Part shown: positions 48,901-58,341 of the stretch, in pieces
Position numbering within the stretch: position 1 is the stretch's first letter
Layout: every line of letters starts with the position of its first letter
Origin: a virus
Direction: 5' to 3' (one strand)
IMG/VR virus record: IMGVR_UViG_3300027659_000014
Span: 1 to 64,000 of that record
Length of the DNA: 64,000 nucleotides
Translations under genes and position numbers: made by a program
Notes under the pieces: generated by a model
Told to the model about the DNA's origin: nothing
Database searches by the model: none
Seen by the model: only the letters and a program-made list of their open reading frames with translations

Positions 48901-49526
48901 GTCTCACTTGTTTTTTTTCTTGATGAAACAATTTTAGACCATTTGGTTTTAAATTTTTCATAATATGTTTTTAATTTTAACGACATTTCACTAAATTCAT
49001 CATCAAGTTTGGTCATAGTTCCATTTATATATACCCCATTTGTTTCTCCAATTGAAAAGAAAAAATCTAAATCTAATTCAGTTATTTTTCCTGACCATTC
49101 AACATTTGTTGGATATAAATTTAATTTATTAAAGTCAACGATTTCGGTAACATCTTGTTTAAACTCATCCATACTTTCTTGAAATGCGGACTTATCATCA
49201 GTTGTTAATTGTAAATCTGTTGTGTTTTTACTATGAATAACTAAAATCCCCCCCGATATTCTATATGCCTTTTTTTTATCTGATTTAACTTTATCAAATT
49301 CTTTATCTTCATCTTCATCTTTTTCCGCAGTTTCATACTTATCGTTTTGTATTTTATCCTCAATATCTGTCATTACATCTATTTTATTGTCAGGATCTTC
49401 AACAGGTTGTTCAATTAATAAACCATAATTTTTTTTAATACTCTTAATATCCTCAGTTAATTGGTTACCCCCAAGTAATTTTCTTGATGCTGATAATAAT
49501 TTTTTTATTTCTTCGTAATTAGTCAT
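48897..49526 (-). CDS. Hypothetical protein
   Basis: 209-aa ORF with LTED and LLIE motifs near the N-terminus. Confidence 0.65.
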   Translation of the reverse strand: MTNYEEIKKLLSASRKLLGGNQLTEDIKSIKKNYGLLIEQPVEDPDNKIDVMTDIEDKIQNDKYETAEKDEDEDKEFDKVKSDKKKAYRISGGILVIHSKNTTDLQLTTDDKSAFQESMDEFKQDVTEIVDFNKLNLYPTNVEWSGKITELDLDFFFSIGETNGVYINGTMTKLDDEFSEMSLKLKTYYEKFKTKWSKIVSSRKKTSET

Positions 49527-50118
49527 TTTTTAAATATTTATTAAAAATTTCAAAATTAAAGGCCGGACTAACATCAGTAAAATCACTATCAAAATTACTT
49601 TTAGTTACAATACCTTCAAATTTTTCTATACCGTTTATTTTTGTATTATGTTCCACACTTTTTAATGGGATATTAGTTTCTTTGGTTAACTTAACACACA
49701 ATTTTGAGGTTAAAATAATTTGTTCCTCAGGATATGGTTGCCAAAAAAAATAATCTCTCCATGTTTTATTAAAAACCTTTTGTTTATAAATATCACCAAT
49801 CCAATTAATGTGATAATTTTTTAATGGTTCTTTTTCTAACCAACCTAAATTTTCCAAACAAACAATTACAGAGTTTCTGTTTATAGATGATGTTGTGTTA
49901 TAATTAGTATATTCATCATTGTCCAATAACTGAAGAACTTTACCATCTCTTGTTACAATATAGTTAGGAATTTTATCATATTTACCATTATGTCTATATT
50001 TTAATGATTGTAAAAAATCATTTATGTTTCTAGACGTATTAGTGAGTATAATTTGTGTTTTGTTTTTATTTTTTTTCTCTGATCTAAAATTTCCGTATTT
50101 TATTATTTCATCAATCAT
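49519..50118 (-). CDS. N-acetylmuramoyl-L-alanine amidase (Amidase_2)-like protein, Zn ligands apparently degenerate
   Basis: QIILTNT...NYIVTRDGKVLQL...NRNSVIVCLEN.G...YPEEQI...LC..L...NIP...DVSPAF. Confidence 0.7.
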   Translation of the reverse strand: MIDEIIKYGNFRSEKKNKNKTQIILTNTSRNINDFLQSLKYRHNGKYDKIPNYIVTRDGKVLQLLDNDEYTNYNTTSSINRNSVIVCLENLGWLEKEPLKNYHINWIGDIYKQKVFNKTWRDYFFWQPYPEEQIILTSKLCVKLTKETNIPLKSVEHNTKINGIEKFEGIVTKSNFDSDFTDVSPAFNFEIFNKYLKND

Positions 50119-51208
50119 TTGTTTTAGTATATCTTAAAACTTTATTTTGTGTGGTTGTATTTACGGTGGTTAGTCCTGTACTACCATATTCTATATTTGA
50201 TAATTCAATAATTTCAGGTTCGACTTGGGGGGTGACTTGGGGGGTATAATGCGTGGTATGATGTGTTAAATAACTTTCAGGAATCTCAATCTCATCATGT
50301 ATGGTATCATGTATGGTATCTTCTTTGTGAGGGACACCAGTGTCCCCCTCTAAATTTTCTGTGAATTTTAACAGAGGGACATCCGTGTCCCCCTGTGAAT
50401 CTTCGTCTTTTCTTTTTCCTTTAAATGCTTGGTTTGTTGCAATAACTAACGTAATTGCTAATGGATCAAAAACAAAGATCAAAATTAAAATAAAAAGATT
50501 TGCGGTTCGTTTAATATCCCAATCAAGTAGTTCACTAACATACTTTAAAGCTCCCAACTCACTTCCCGAAATTTCTTTTGATTCCATGTTTAAGATATTA
50601 ATATCAAGTTGGGTGATACTATCATTCATACTATCAATTCTTTTTGCTATTGTGTCTCTCCTTACTTGTGCTTGTGATAGTTGAGATTCAAATAATTTTC
50701 TATTACCGTCGTTGGCTCTTGTAATTACCTGTCCAGTTCTTCTATCCACAGATTGTGTTGTTGTATTATTAGATACCCCGTCTCTTAACTTAGTAATGTC
50801 TCCGTCTAAAATGTTTTTTTCTTTTGTTAATTCGTCTTTAACTTCTTCAAACCTTTTCTTTTTTACCTCAATATTTTTGACTTGTTTTTCGTTAATTTCA
50901 AGTTTTGCAATATTCCCTTGAAATCCTGTACTTAAAAGTCCGTATATTCCAAGTGAAGTTATTAAAGAAAGGGTCACAAGAGCAATGGACATATAAATTT
51001 TTAAAATTCCATATGTTTCTTTCCATTTGTCGTGAAGATATGTTGCAATTGCAATTTTAGATATCTCAAGAAATGATCCCATAATAATAACGGGTAATGC
51101 CACACCAACAAATACGATTGATAAACCAACAACACTATAATATGCTGCGGTTCCTGACAAACCCAAAGCACAAAATAATAAAAACCAAGGTAAAAATTTT
51201 TCTTTCAT
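50111..51208 (-). CDS. Multi-TM coiled-coil membrane protein
   Basis: AAYYSVVGL...MGSFLEISK...ITSLGIYGLLS, coiled coil, LIFVFDPLAITLVIA. Confidence 0.75.
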   Translation of the reverse strand: MKEKFLPWFLLFCALGLSGTAAYYSVVGLSIVFVGVALPVIIMGSFLEISKIAIATYLHDKWKETYGILKIYMSIALVTLSLITSLGIYGLLSTGFQGNIAKLEINEKQVKNIEVKKKRFEEVKDELTKEKNILDGDITKLRDGVSNNTTTQSVDRRTGQVITRANDGNRKLFESQLSQAQVRRDTIAKRIDSMNDSITQLDINILNMESKEISGSELGALKYVSELLDWDIKRTANLFILILIFVFDPLAITLVIATNQAFKGKRKDEDSQGDTDVPLLKFTENLEGDTGVPHKEDTIHDTIHDEIEIPESYLTHHTTHYTPQVTPQVEPEIIELSNIEYGSTGLTTVNTTTQNKVLRYTKTND

Positions 51209-51257
51209 AATAATTCTAATATATTTATAAATACTAATATAAGGTATTTATATAATT

Positions 51258-51677
51258 ATGTCACTACTTAGAGAAACAATACGTAAAGTTTTAATCTTAG
51301 AAAAGAAGATTGCTGAGATCCAAGCAAAACTTACTGTTACCATGAATTTAAGATACCAACAGGTAAATGTACCTGGAATGAAGACCCACGCTGAAATACG
51401 AAAAAAAAGAGATTTTTCAAAAAGTGGTGATATAATTAGAGATTATGATATCTTAAATTCAGTAAAAAAAGTAAAGGATGATATAGTACAATATATTGTC
51501 ATTGGTGAGTTATATGATGGTGTTGAGTTTGTAATTAAAGATGAATCAAGCTTACTTAGTATTGCAATTAGAATAGAAGAAGTTAATCCTTACGAATTTA
51601 ATCTTTTTATTAAAACCGTTATGAGGGATGCTAATTTTTATGTTGGTAGAAATCAACTAGTTATTACCGCAAAATAA
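51258..51677 (+). CDS. Hypothetical protein with leader
   Basis: MSLLRETIRKVLILE; TATTTATA at 51245-51252. Confidence 0.7.
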   Translation: MSLLRETIRKVLILEKKIAEIQAKLTVTMNLRYQQVNVPGMKTHAEIRKKRDFSKSGDIIRDYDILNSVKKVKDDIVQYIVIGELYDGVEFVIKDESSLLSIAIRIEEVNPYEFNLFIKTVMRDANFYVGRNQLVITAK

Positions 51678-51805
51678 ACCCCCACTGGTACCAATGGGGG
51701 AGTGTAATTTCATCTTACATCACGAGTAAGATTGAGGATTTTCACCTAGAGAACATCGTGTCTCATTCCGCCGAGTTGTAAGGGTAATCTCGGTTCAACC
51801 CTTTT
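51677..51805. ncRNA. Candidate structured RNA or multi-hairpin intergenic element
   Basis: GC-elevated non-coding stretch with hairpins cccca/tgggg, atcttac/gtaagat, agg-attttca-cct and ccgag/ctcgg. Confidence 0.35.
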
Positions 51806-51810
51806 TGTAA

Positions 51811-52257
51811 TTAACGATCCTCTATTGTAAATCCTTGAGAATCAACCTCAGGTCCATTATCAATTAACATTTCAACTTTGATTTCTCCATCAACAAATCT
51901 TGACACAGAACAGAATTCAATTTCAACATCCTCATTAAGATTCATTTTAAACTCGTTATACTGTTCCTCAGTTTCAAATGACCCAACTTGACTTGCCGGT
52001 GATTGGTAAACTTTTAGACGATACGAACCAAATGGATTTTTAAGTTCAGAAACTTCCATAATAAGATTATCAAACTTATAATTATCAGTACCATCTTCGG
52101 TTACAAATTTCCCATCATTATCCCTTTTTAATGTTTGAGAATAATGGTACCCACAATTACCACAATTTATATAATCTTCACCTGTTTTGTAATAGAAATC
52201 GCTAAACGCTTCTTGTTTACAATTTGGACATTCAATATAATCAATTACACTTCCCAT
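51811..52257 (-). CDS. Zn-ribbon hypothetical protein
   Basis: CPNC...CGNCG; TATCTTTG promoter at 52273-52280. Confidence 0.7.
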   Translation of the reverse strand: MGSVIDYIECPNCKQEAFSDFYYKTGEDYINCGNCGYHYSQTLKRDNDGKFVTEDGTDNYKFDNLIMEVSELKNPFGSYRLKVYQSPASQVGSFETEEQYNEFKMNLNEDVEIEFCSVSRFVDGEIKVEMLIDNGPEVDSQGFTIEDR

Positions 52258-52310
52258 TTTTTTATTTTTTTACAAAGATATATAACTTATTTTAATTTGC
52301 CAAATTTTTA

Positions 52311-53111
52311 TTATAAATAGTCAAATAATTCTGAACTATCGTTTCTTAATCTTCTTAACGCCTTTTCTTTTATTTGTCTAACTCTTTCTTTTGTTAATCC
52401 AAAATCACTCCCAATATCTTCCAAAGTTCTTGGTGTTCCTGTGATCCCAAAATAATCGCCAATAATTGATTTTTCACGATCATCTAAATTATTTAATAAA
52501 TTTAACATTTTTTCTTTTAAAATATCGTTTGTATTAAAAATGGCATCAGGAGCTTCAGCCTCTTGATTAACAATCATATCAATAAGGGTATCACCGTCTT
52601 CATTTATTTTCATGTCTAAATCAACAATAGATGGTAATCCAGTAAACTTATCATCCATTTTATTTCCAGATTGTTCAACTTCTTTTTTCGCCCTATGTAA
52701 ATCTTGTACAACATTAACTGGTAATCTTATTGTTCTCGAATTATCATTTAATGATTGTAAAATTGATTGTTTAACCCACCATACTGCGTATGAAATAAAT
52801 CTAAGATCTTTATTCCAATCAAAATTTTTAATTGCTTTCAGTAAACCATGATTACCCTCAGCAATTAGATCTTGTAAATCTAATCCTTGGTTTTGATATT
52901 GTTTTGCAACTGTTATAACAAACCTTAAGTTACCCACAAGTAATTCTTCTTCAATTTGTTTTTTTTCAATTTCAGAAATATTATCTGATTTCATTTTTAT
53001 CGCCAAAGTTTTTTCCCTTTCTGGTGACATAACTTTAATTTTTCTAATATCTTTAAGATAGTAATATACTTCTTCTTGATTAATTGGGATTCCTAAATTT
53101 TTACTTTTCAT
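52311..53111 (-). CDS. RpoD/RpoS-like sigma-70 factor (lacks region 1.1)
   Basis: YLKDI, NLRFVITVAKQYQNQGL..DLIAEGN.GL, RFISYAVWW, RTIRLP, TLEDIG..FGLTKERVRQIKEKALRRLR. Confidence 0.92.
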   Translation of the reverse strand: MKSKNLGIPINQEEVYYYLKDIRKIKVMSPEREKTLAIKMKSDNISEIEKKQIEEELLVGNLRFVITVAKQYQNQGLDLQDLIAEGNHGLLKAIKNFDWNKDLRFISYAVWWVKQSILQSLNDNSRTIRLPVNVVQDLHRAKKEVEQSGNKMDDKFTGLPSIVDLDMKINEDGDTLIDMIVNQEAEAPDAIFNTNDILKEKMLNLLNNLDDREKSIIGDYFGITGTPRTLEDIGSDFGLTKERVRQIKEKALRRLRNDSSELFDYL

Positions 53112-53117
53112 TTTTTT

Positions 53118-53615
53118 TTAATTTAATTGTGAATATTCGTCTAATTTTTGTTTTTCTAAATCTGTTAAAGATTCTAAACCACTATCTATAATTTTATCCA
53201 ACAATTCATCTAATGTTAGATTACAACGTTGATTAAAGTTCTTAATTAAATTAAGAAAATCAAATGGGTCATTGTCAAAAAAATTAAGTTCTTTTTTTTG
53301 TTTTGGTTTTCTTGTTTTTTTCAAAGATAAAAGATAATCAAGATGCTCTTTTGGTATATTAGAAGAGGTTTTATTTGGTTTTGGTATTAAAAAATATTGA
53401 GTACTGCCCAAGTTGATAAAAATAAAATTAACCCATTCTGACACATATTCAATATGTAAGTCTGATGAAAAATGGATAATTGCATTTTTTTCACCAGAAA
53501 TTAATTTGGCTTCGTTTGATGTCATTTCTTTTGATACTTCAAATGCGATCTCTTTTGTTTTTTCTTCTGAGTTTTCTATGGTTTCATCGTAGAAAATAAA
53601 AAGTAAGTAATTCAT
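53118..53615 (-). CDS. Hypothetical protein with C-terminal LDELLDKIIDSGLESLT motif (DUF6576-like)
   Basis: Likely start MNYLLFIFYD at 53615, after TATATTTG promoter at 53639-53646. Confidence 0.6.
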   Translation of the reverse strand: MNYLLFIFYDETIENSEEKTKEIAFEVSKEMTSNEAKLISGEKNAIIHFSSDLHIEYVSEWVNFIFINLGSTQYFLIPKPNKTSSNIPKEHLDYLLSLKKTRKPKQKKELNFFDNDPFDFLNLIKNFNQRCNLTLDELLDKIIDSGLESLTDLEKQKLDEYSQLN

Positions 53616-53665
53616 ATGTGTGTTTTTAATTGTTTTTACAAATATAGGAATAAAATTATAATAAA

Positions 53666-56038
53666 TCACAAAACTTTTGAAAAATTATTTTCTTTTTTAA
53701 TTTTAACCACATGATCCCCCCATGTACCCACAATACTATTGTGACTAATAACAAAAATCTTTTCAAAGTAATCCTTGATCTTTGTAAAGAACTCATATAC
53801 CATCTCTAAGTTGTCATTGGCAATTTTTCCAAACACCTCATCTAAAACCACAAGATTTGGTTTTGGTAAACTTGAGATCTTGGTAAGAACAGATCTTAAA
53901 GCTAAAGATGAAATTGTCTTTTCAAATCCTGAACCTGAAGTCATTAATTTTTCAATACCCGTTTCATTATCGGTCATAATAAACTCGACTTCATTTTTAT
54001 CGTTGATTCGAACTTCCAATTTAAAGTAACAAGAATCTTCCATTAATCTTTGTAGTTCAGAGTTTATTAGTGGCATCATGGTTTTCATAATCATTTTAGA
54101 TATACCATTCTTACCATAAATTTCTAAGTAAATCTTATATATTTTATCTTTTTTCTCTTCTTCTTTTATTGTTTCAATTTTATTTTTATTAAGATCAATT
54201 TTTTCTTCAAGTGATTTAATTGATGATTCACTTGTAGTAATTGAATTACTAATTGTTCTTCTTTGGATTTCCAAATCATCTAATCTAATGTCAGCTTTTA
54301 TTAATAATGAATCAATCTTTTGGTTTTCTTGAATTTTATCTTGTATCTCTTCCCACCTTTTAATCTTATCGTTTAATGATTCAATTTTTAAATCACAACT
54401 TTCAATACTTAATTCATACTTTTCTTTAATGAGTTTGTTTTTTTCATACTCATCAAATTCTTTTTTAAGTTGTACAAAACTTTGTTCTTTGCTTGATAAA
54501 ACATGCATAAGTGTCGTTTTTGTGTTTTTTTGCACAATTAACCCATCAAGTTCTGTAATTTTTGCGTTGGTGATCGATGCGTTCATTAACTCAATTCCAC
54601 AATGAGAACATTTAATTCCTCCCTCTACTTCTGATTTTAATTTAGTTATTGATTCAATTTCAGTGTCAAGTTTAATTGTCTCTTTATAAACTTCATTATA
54701 TTGTTCTTTAACCTCGTCATGTTTATTTTCATAATAAAACTCAGATGGTTCAACAACTTTGATTTCGGATATTTTTAATAAAAAACCATTCTTATCTCTT
54801 TCAATTTCTTGTATCTCAACTCTTGTTTTATCAGGTTTTAACAAACTTAACTCATGATTAATATTTGTATGTTTTTTCTTTAACATATCATCACGATATG
54901 ATTTACCCTTTGTAATTGCATCATTAACATTAAACAAACTTTGTTCATTAGTTTTAATTTGAACCTTTAATTCTAAAATTGATTCTTGATGTGTTTCAAT
55001 CTCACTTTTTAATTGTTCTGAAGAATAAATGTTTGATATCTTTTGTTTTGAGAAATCCCCATATATTTCTTTGGCAACTTCTTCTTTTCTTTTTAAAAAT
55101 TCAAGACCCATAAATCTTGACAATACTTGTCCTCTTGATGTTGGTTTTGCTTCTAACAAATCTTCAAGATTTGATCCTGTTGTTAGAATTGTAGTTAAAA
55201 AATCTTCTTTTGTTCCAATTGAGTTTTTAATAAAAGATTCAGTTTCTCTTCTTTGTTCTCCAGTAAAGTTTAATAATGTTCCATCTGATAATTTTTTAAA
55301 AAAATCCAACTCTGTTTTAACATTCGATTCATTTTTTTTGGATATTTTTCTTTCAATGTTTCTAACAATAACATAATCCTCACCGTCAATTGTAATTTCA
55401 CCTTTAACATGAACCTTGTCTTTGTTTGAATACCTGTTAAATATTTCTTCGGCTTTTGTGGTCTTGGTTGTTTCATTAAAAAACAAGAACATTAATAAAT
55501 CTACAGTAAGAACTGTTTTACCACCAAAATTTGGTGGATCAGACTCAACAACCACAATACCATTTAATTTATCAAAATCTAATTTTTGATTTTCACCATA
55601 TGATAAAAAGTTTGAAAATTCAATGTTTCTAATATACCACTTTTTAAATTGAGATTGATTTTCTTCATCACCAGACATTTTGTTTTCAACCATATTATTA
55701 ATTGATAACACATCTTCTGTCATATGATTATAATCTTTTGAAACAAGAAAGTTTTTTATAAGATCCAACTGATAGTTTTTATCAGTAATATTAACGGAAA
55801 CGTCAATACTTTGTGTTATATCAGTTTCAAATATTTTTGATTTAGTCAGGACATTAACATTAGTTGTGTTATATTTTTTTTGAAAGTAATATTTAACACT
55901 TTTGATCTTGTCTTGTGTAAAGTTTTCTGGTAAATCCTCCCAAACAACTTGAACTGTTGGGTTTTCAAATACAGAAAAGTCTAAATTTTTTATCATTATA
56001 TTATAATTAAATAATTTTGGGGGATTAAATAAATCCAC
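53666..56038 (-). CDS. SbcC/Rad50 (gp46-like) ATPase
   Basis: NFLSYG, Walker A NFGGKT, CSHC zinc hook in coiled coil, SGSGFE signature, Walker B VLDE, ISH. Confidence 0.9.
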   Translation of the reverse strand: MDLFNPPKLFNYNIMIKNLDFSVFENPTVQVVWEDLPENFTQDKIKSVKYYFQKKYNTTNVNVLTKSKIFETDITQSIDVSVNITDKNYQLDLIKNFLVSKDYNHMTEDVLSINNMVENKMSGDEENQSQFKKWYIRNIEFSNFLSYGENQKLDFDKLNGIVVVESDPPNFGGKTVLTVDLLMFLFFNETTKTTKAEEIFNRYSNKDKVHVKGEITIDGEDYVIVRNIERKISKKNESNVKTELDFFKKLSDGTLLNFTGEQRRETESFIKNSIGTKEDFLTTILTTGSNLEDLLEAKPTSRGQVLSRFMGLEFLKRKEEVAKEIYGDFSKQKISNIYSSEQLKSEIETHQESILELKVQIKTNEQSLFNVNDAITKGKSYRDDMLKKKHTNINHELSLLKPDKTRVEIQEIERDKNGFLLKISEIKVVEPSEFYYENKHDEVKEQYNEVYKETIKLDTEIESITKLKSEVEGGIKCSHCGIELMNASITNAKITELDGLIVQKNTKTTLMHVLSSKEQSFVQLKKEFDEYEKNKLIKEKYELSIESCDLKIESLNDKIKRWEEIQDKIQENQKIDSLLIKADIRLDDLEIQRRTISNSITTSESSIKSLEEKIDLNKNKIETIKEEEKKDKIYKIYLEIYGKNGISKMIMKTMMPLINSELQRLMEDSCYFKLEVRINDKNEVEFIMTDNETGIEKLMTSGSGFEKTISSLALRSVLTKISSLPKPNLVVLDEVFGKIANDNLEMVYEFFTKIKDYFEKIFVISHNSIVGTWGDHVVKIKKENNFSKVL

Positions 56039-56042
56039 TTTT

Positions 56043-56279
56043 TTATTTTTCTATGTTAATATTTTTTTCGTCTATAACTATATTATTTTTTACCTCTTCA
56101 ACAACTTCAAAACCTAAATCTTGACCATTCAATTCAACATTTAAGTTTTTAGTTTCTGACATCATTTTTTGAGCCTCAAACATTTTTTCAATTGCCTTTT
56201 TCATTGCGTATTTTTCTACTGTAATTTTTTGGTTTCTTTTTTCTACTTTTGCTCTATGAGCTTTTGACGACTTTCCCAT
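56043..56279 (-). CDS. Hypothetical protein
   Basis: 78-aa ORF. Confidence 0.55.
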   Translation of the reverse strand: MGKSSKAHRAKVEKRNQKITVEKYAMKKAIEKMFEAQKMMSETKNLNVELNGQDLGFEVVEEVKNNIVIDEKNINIEK

Positions 56280-56302
56280 TTTTATTTATTTTATTTTATT
56301 TA

Positions 56303-56665
56303 TTACTCTTCAATGTTGGTGTTTGGTCTATTTTCTTCAAACCATTCAATTATTGCGTTAATCCCCCAAACTGATCCAGCGGATAACATTCCATCAAAAA
56401 ATACGGAATAATATTGGTTAAGTCCAATAAAATGTGAAATAGGTGAAAAAAAACATAAGGATAAGAAAAAACCAACCCATGTGCTTGTACACAATATACA
56501 TTTTATTAATTCAGACACAAAAGAAAACACAGGTGTAAATAAAACCCACCCAGTGTTTGGTTGTGCGTTTTTGTGTATCCATTTTCTCAACCCATTAAAG
56601 ATTGACCCGTAAACAAGTATTGTTGTCATACCATATGCAACAATCATAAAAATTAAAACTTCCAT
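56303..56665 (-). CDS. Membrane protein with CxxC..W motif (DUF1360-like)
   Basis: IFNGLRK...ELIKCILCTSTWVG. Confidence 0.65.
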   Translation of the reverse strand: MEVLIFMIVAYGMTTILVYGSIFNGLRKWIHKNAQPNTGWVLFTPVFSFVSELIKCILCTSTWVGFFLSLCFFSPISHFIGLNQYYSVFFDGMLSAGSVWGINAIIEWFEENRPNTNIEE

Positions 56666-57303
56666 TATATTCTATTATTTAAATTTGATCCCCTAAGATA
56701 AACAGCTCCTTTATTTGAACTGAGATTCTCAAGATCTCGGTTTATTTTTTCTAATTCTTTTATTCTTTCGTTTTTTGTTTGAAGTTCTTTCCTGAGAGAT
56801 ATTAATGTTTCTTGTAACATTTCCACCCTATCATTTGGTTTCTCAACTTCTTTGATGACTTCAACTATTTTTTCCACCTCTTTGATTATTTCAACTGGTG
56901 GTTCGTCTAAAGTAATGTCTAAAATAATGTCTAAATTACGTCTAAGTTCGTCTAATTTTTCATCCTTTTTAGACATTTCTTCTTCCAACTGTTTGATTTT
57001 TAATAACAGTTCATTTTCACCACTTTTGTCACAAATGTATTCTATTTTTGTGACAATTTTCTCAACCTCCCTTATAACTTCAACGGGTACTTCCACCCGT
57101 ATTTCCTCAATCTCACCTGTTTTTAAGTCTTTTTCTCCTTCATTAAGTGTTTCCCCCAAAAGGCCAAACTTCTTAATGTCAAAACCTTGTTTGAAACAAA
57201 GGTAGATAAAATTGTCTTTATCCTCAATATTGTTTGCATCACAAAATGAAGACACCGACTGCATTATTGTTTTATTAAATATTTTGGAGTCTTTCTGTTC
57301 CAT
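56665..57303 (-). CDS. Coiled-coil protein with EVIKEVEKIV repeats
   Basis: Repeated VEVIREVEKIV / EIIKEVEKIVEVIKEVEK; start uncertain. Confidence 0.6.
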   Translation of the reverse strand: MEQKDSKIFNKTIMQSVSSFCDANNIEDKDNFIYLCFKQGFDIKKFGLLGETLNEGEKDLKTGEIEEIRVEVPVEVIREVEKIVTKIEYICDKSGENELLLKIKQLEEEMSKKDEKLDELRRNLDIILDITLDEPPVEIIKEVEKIVEVIKEVEKPNDRVEMLQETLISLRKELQTKNERIKELEKINRDLENLSSNKGAVYLRGSNLNNRI

Positions 57304-58054
57304 TCTCAATATCTTCAAATGATTTTATGGTGAACTTTAAAAATGGTTTTGGATTTGGTAGATCAACATAATCATAACCTTTTGTCACAACATCGTATAT
57401 ACCATATCCGTGTTTACCAATACTTTCACCAATATTTTGTTGTATTGGACTTCCAATCATATAACCTTTACCCGTCTTAAACTTAAATTCTTGTCTTTTA
57501 TGAATGTCCCCACATAATACGGATTCAAGTCCATTAAACTTTTCTACGTCATAAGCCTCCTCACCAAAATCAAATCCAAGATCCGTTTTCATTCCTTGAA
57601 TTGGACCGTGAAACAACCCAATTCTTTTTCCTTTAGCATCTGTTAAATCAGGAGGAATATTTCCTTGATACTGTGAATACACACACCAACTAATGTTTTC
57701 ATCTTCGTAAACACCTCTATCTTTATAGTAAACAATATTATTACTATTTAAAGAATTTATAATCGGAGATAGTGCGTCTAACCTTTCTGTATTATTTACT
57801 AAAAAATCATGATTTCCAGGAATTATAATTATTTTACAAATGTTAGAACATTCAGTTAATAACCATGAAACAATATCTATTAGTTCCGGTGTGAGTTGAT
57901 TTTTAGAATGAACAAGGTCACCCGTAAAAATAATCCTATCAGGTTTTAATTCTTTCCATTGATCAATCGCCGTTTCTAATATTGATCGATACAAATCGTG
58001 GTCTTTGAAAAGACGGATGTGTAAGTCAGAAAAGTGTACTAAAGTTTTAATCAT
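57275..58054 (-). CDS. SbcD/Mre11 (gp47-like) nuclease
   Basis: HFSDLH, TGDLVH, PGNHD, FHG, GDIHKRQ, GSPIQQN.GE; likely start MIKTLVH at 58054. Confidence 0.9.
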   Translation of the reverse strand: MIKTLVHFSDLHIRLFKDHDLYRSILETAIDQWKELKPDRIIFTGDLVHSKNQLTPELIDIVSWLLTECSNICKIIIIPGNHDFLVNNTERLDALSPIINSLNSNNIVYYKDRGVYEDENISWCVYSQYQGNIPPDLTDAKGKRIGLFHGPIQGMKTDLGFDFGEEAYDVEKFNGLESVLCGDIHKRQEFKFKTGKGYMIGSPIQQNIGESIGKHGYGIYDVVTKGYDYVDLPNPKPFLKFTIKSFEDIENGTERLQNI

Positions 58055-58229
58055 TTTTACTTCTATTAAATGGTTCTTTCTTAAAGAAATATCCGGAGAT
58101 ATCAACATACCTTAATAGTTCAATATTACCTTCAACAGTTGTTGTTCCTTTTGATGATTTAAGCATTGCAATTTTGTATCCAAATCGGTTCGATAACCAT
58201 TTAATAAATAATGCGGGGTATCTTTTCAT
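58047..58229 (-). CDS. Hypothetical protein
   Basis: 60-aa ORF. Confidence 0.5.
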   Translation of the reverse strand: MKRYPALFIKWLSNRFGYKIAMLKSSKGTTTVEGNIELLRYVDISGYFFKKEPFNRSKND

Positions 58230-58341
58230 ATTTTATATTGTTTTATTTTTATATCTTCAACACACAAAAAAAATTTTGGTTATCTAAGTTTTCTTAAAAT
58301 ATATTTTAATAATTTGTATCTTAATTTATATATCATATTAT

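Noticed and set aside
56905-56955. Short gtctaa-based tandem microrepeats (also 50220-50400)
   Set aside because: They are in-frame low-complexity duplications within coding regions, with no sign of a regulatory or array function.
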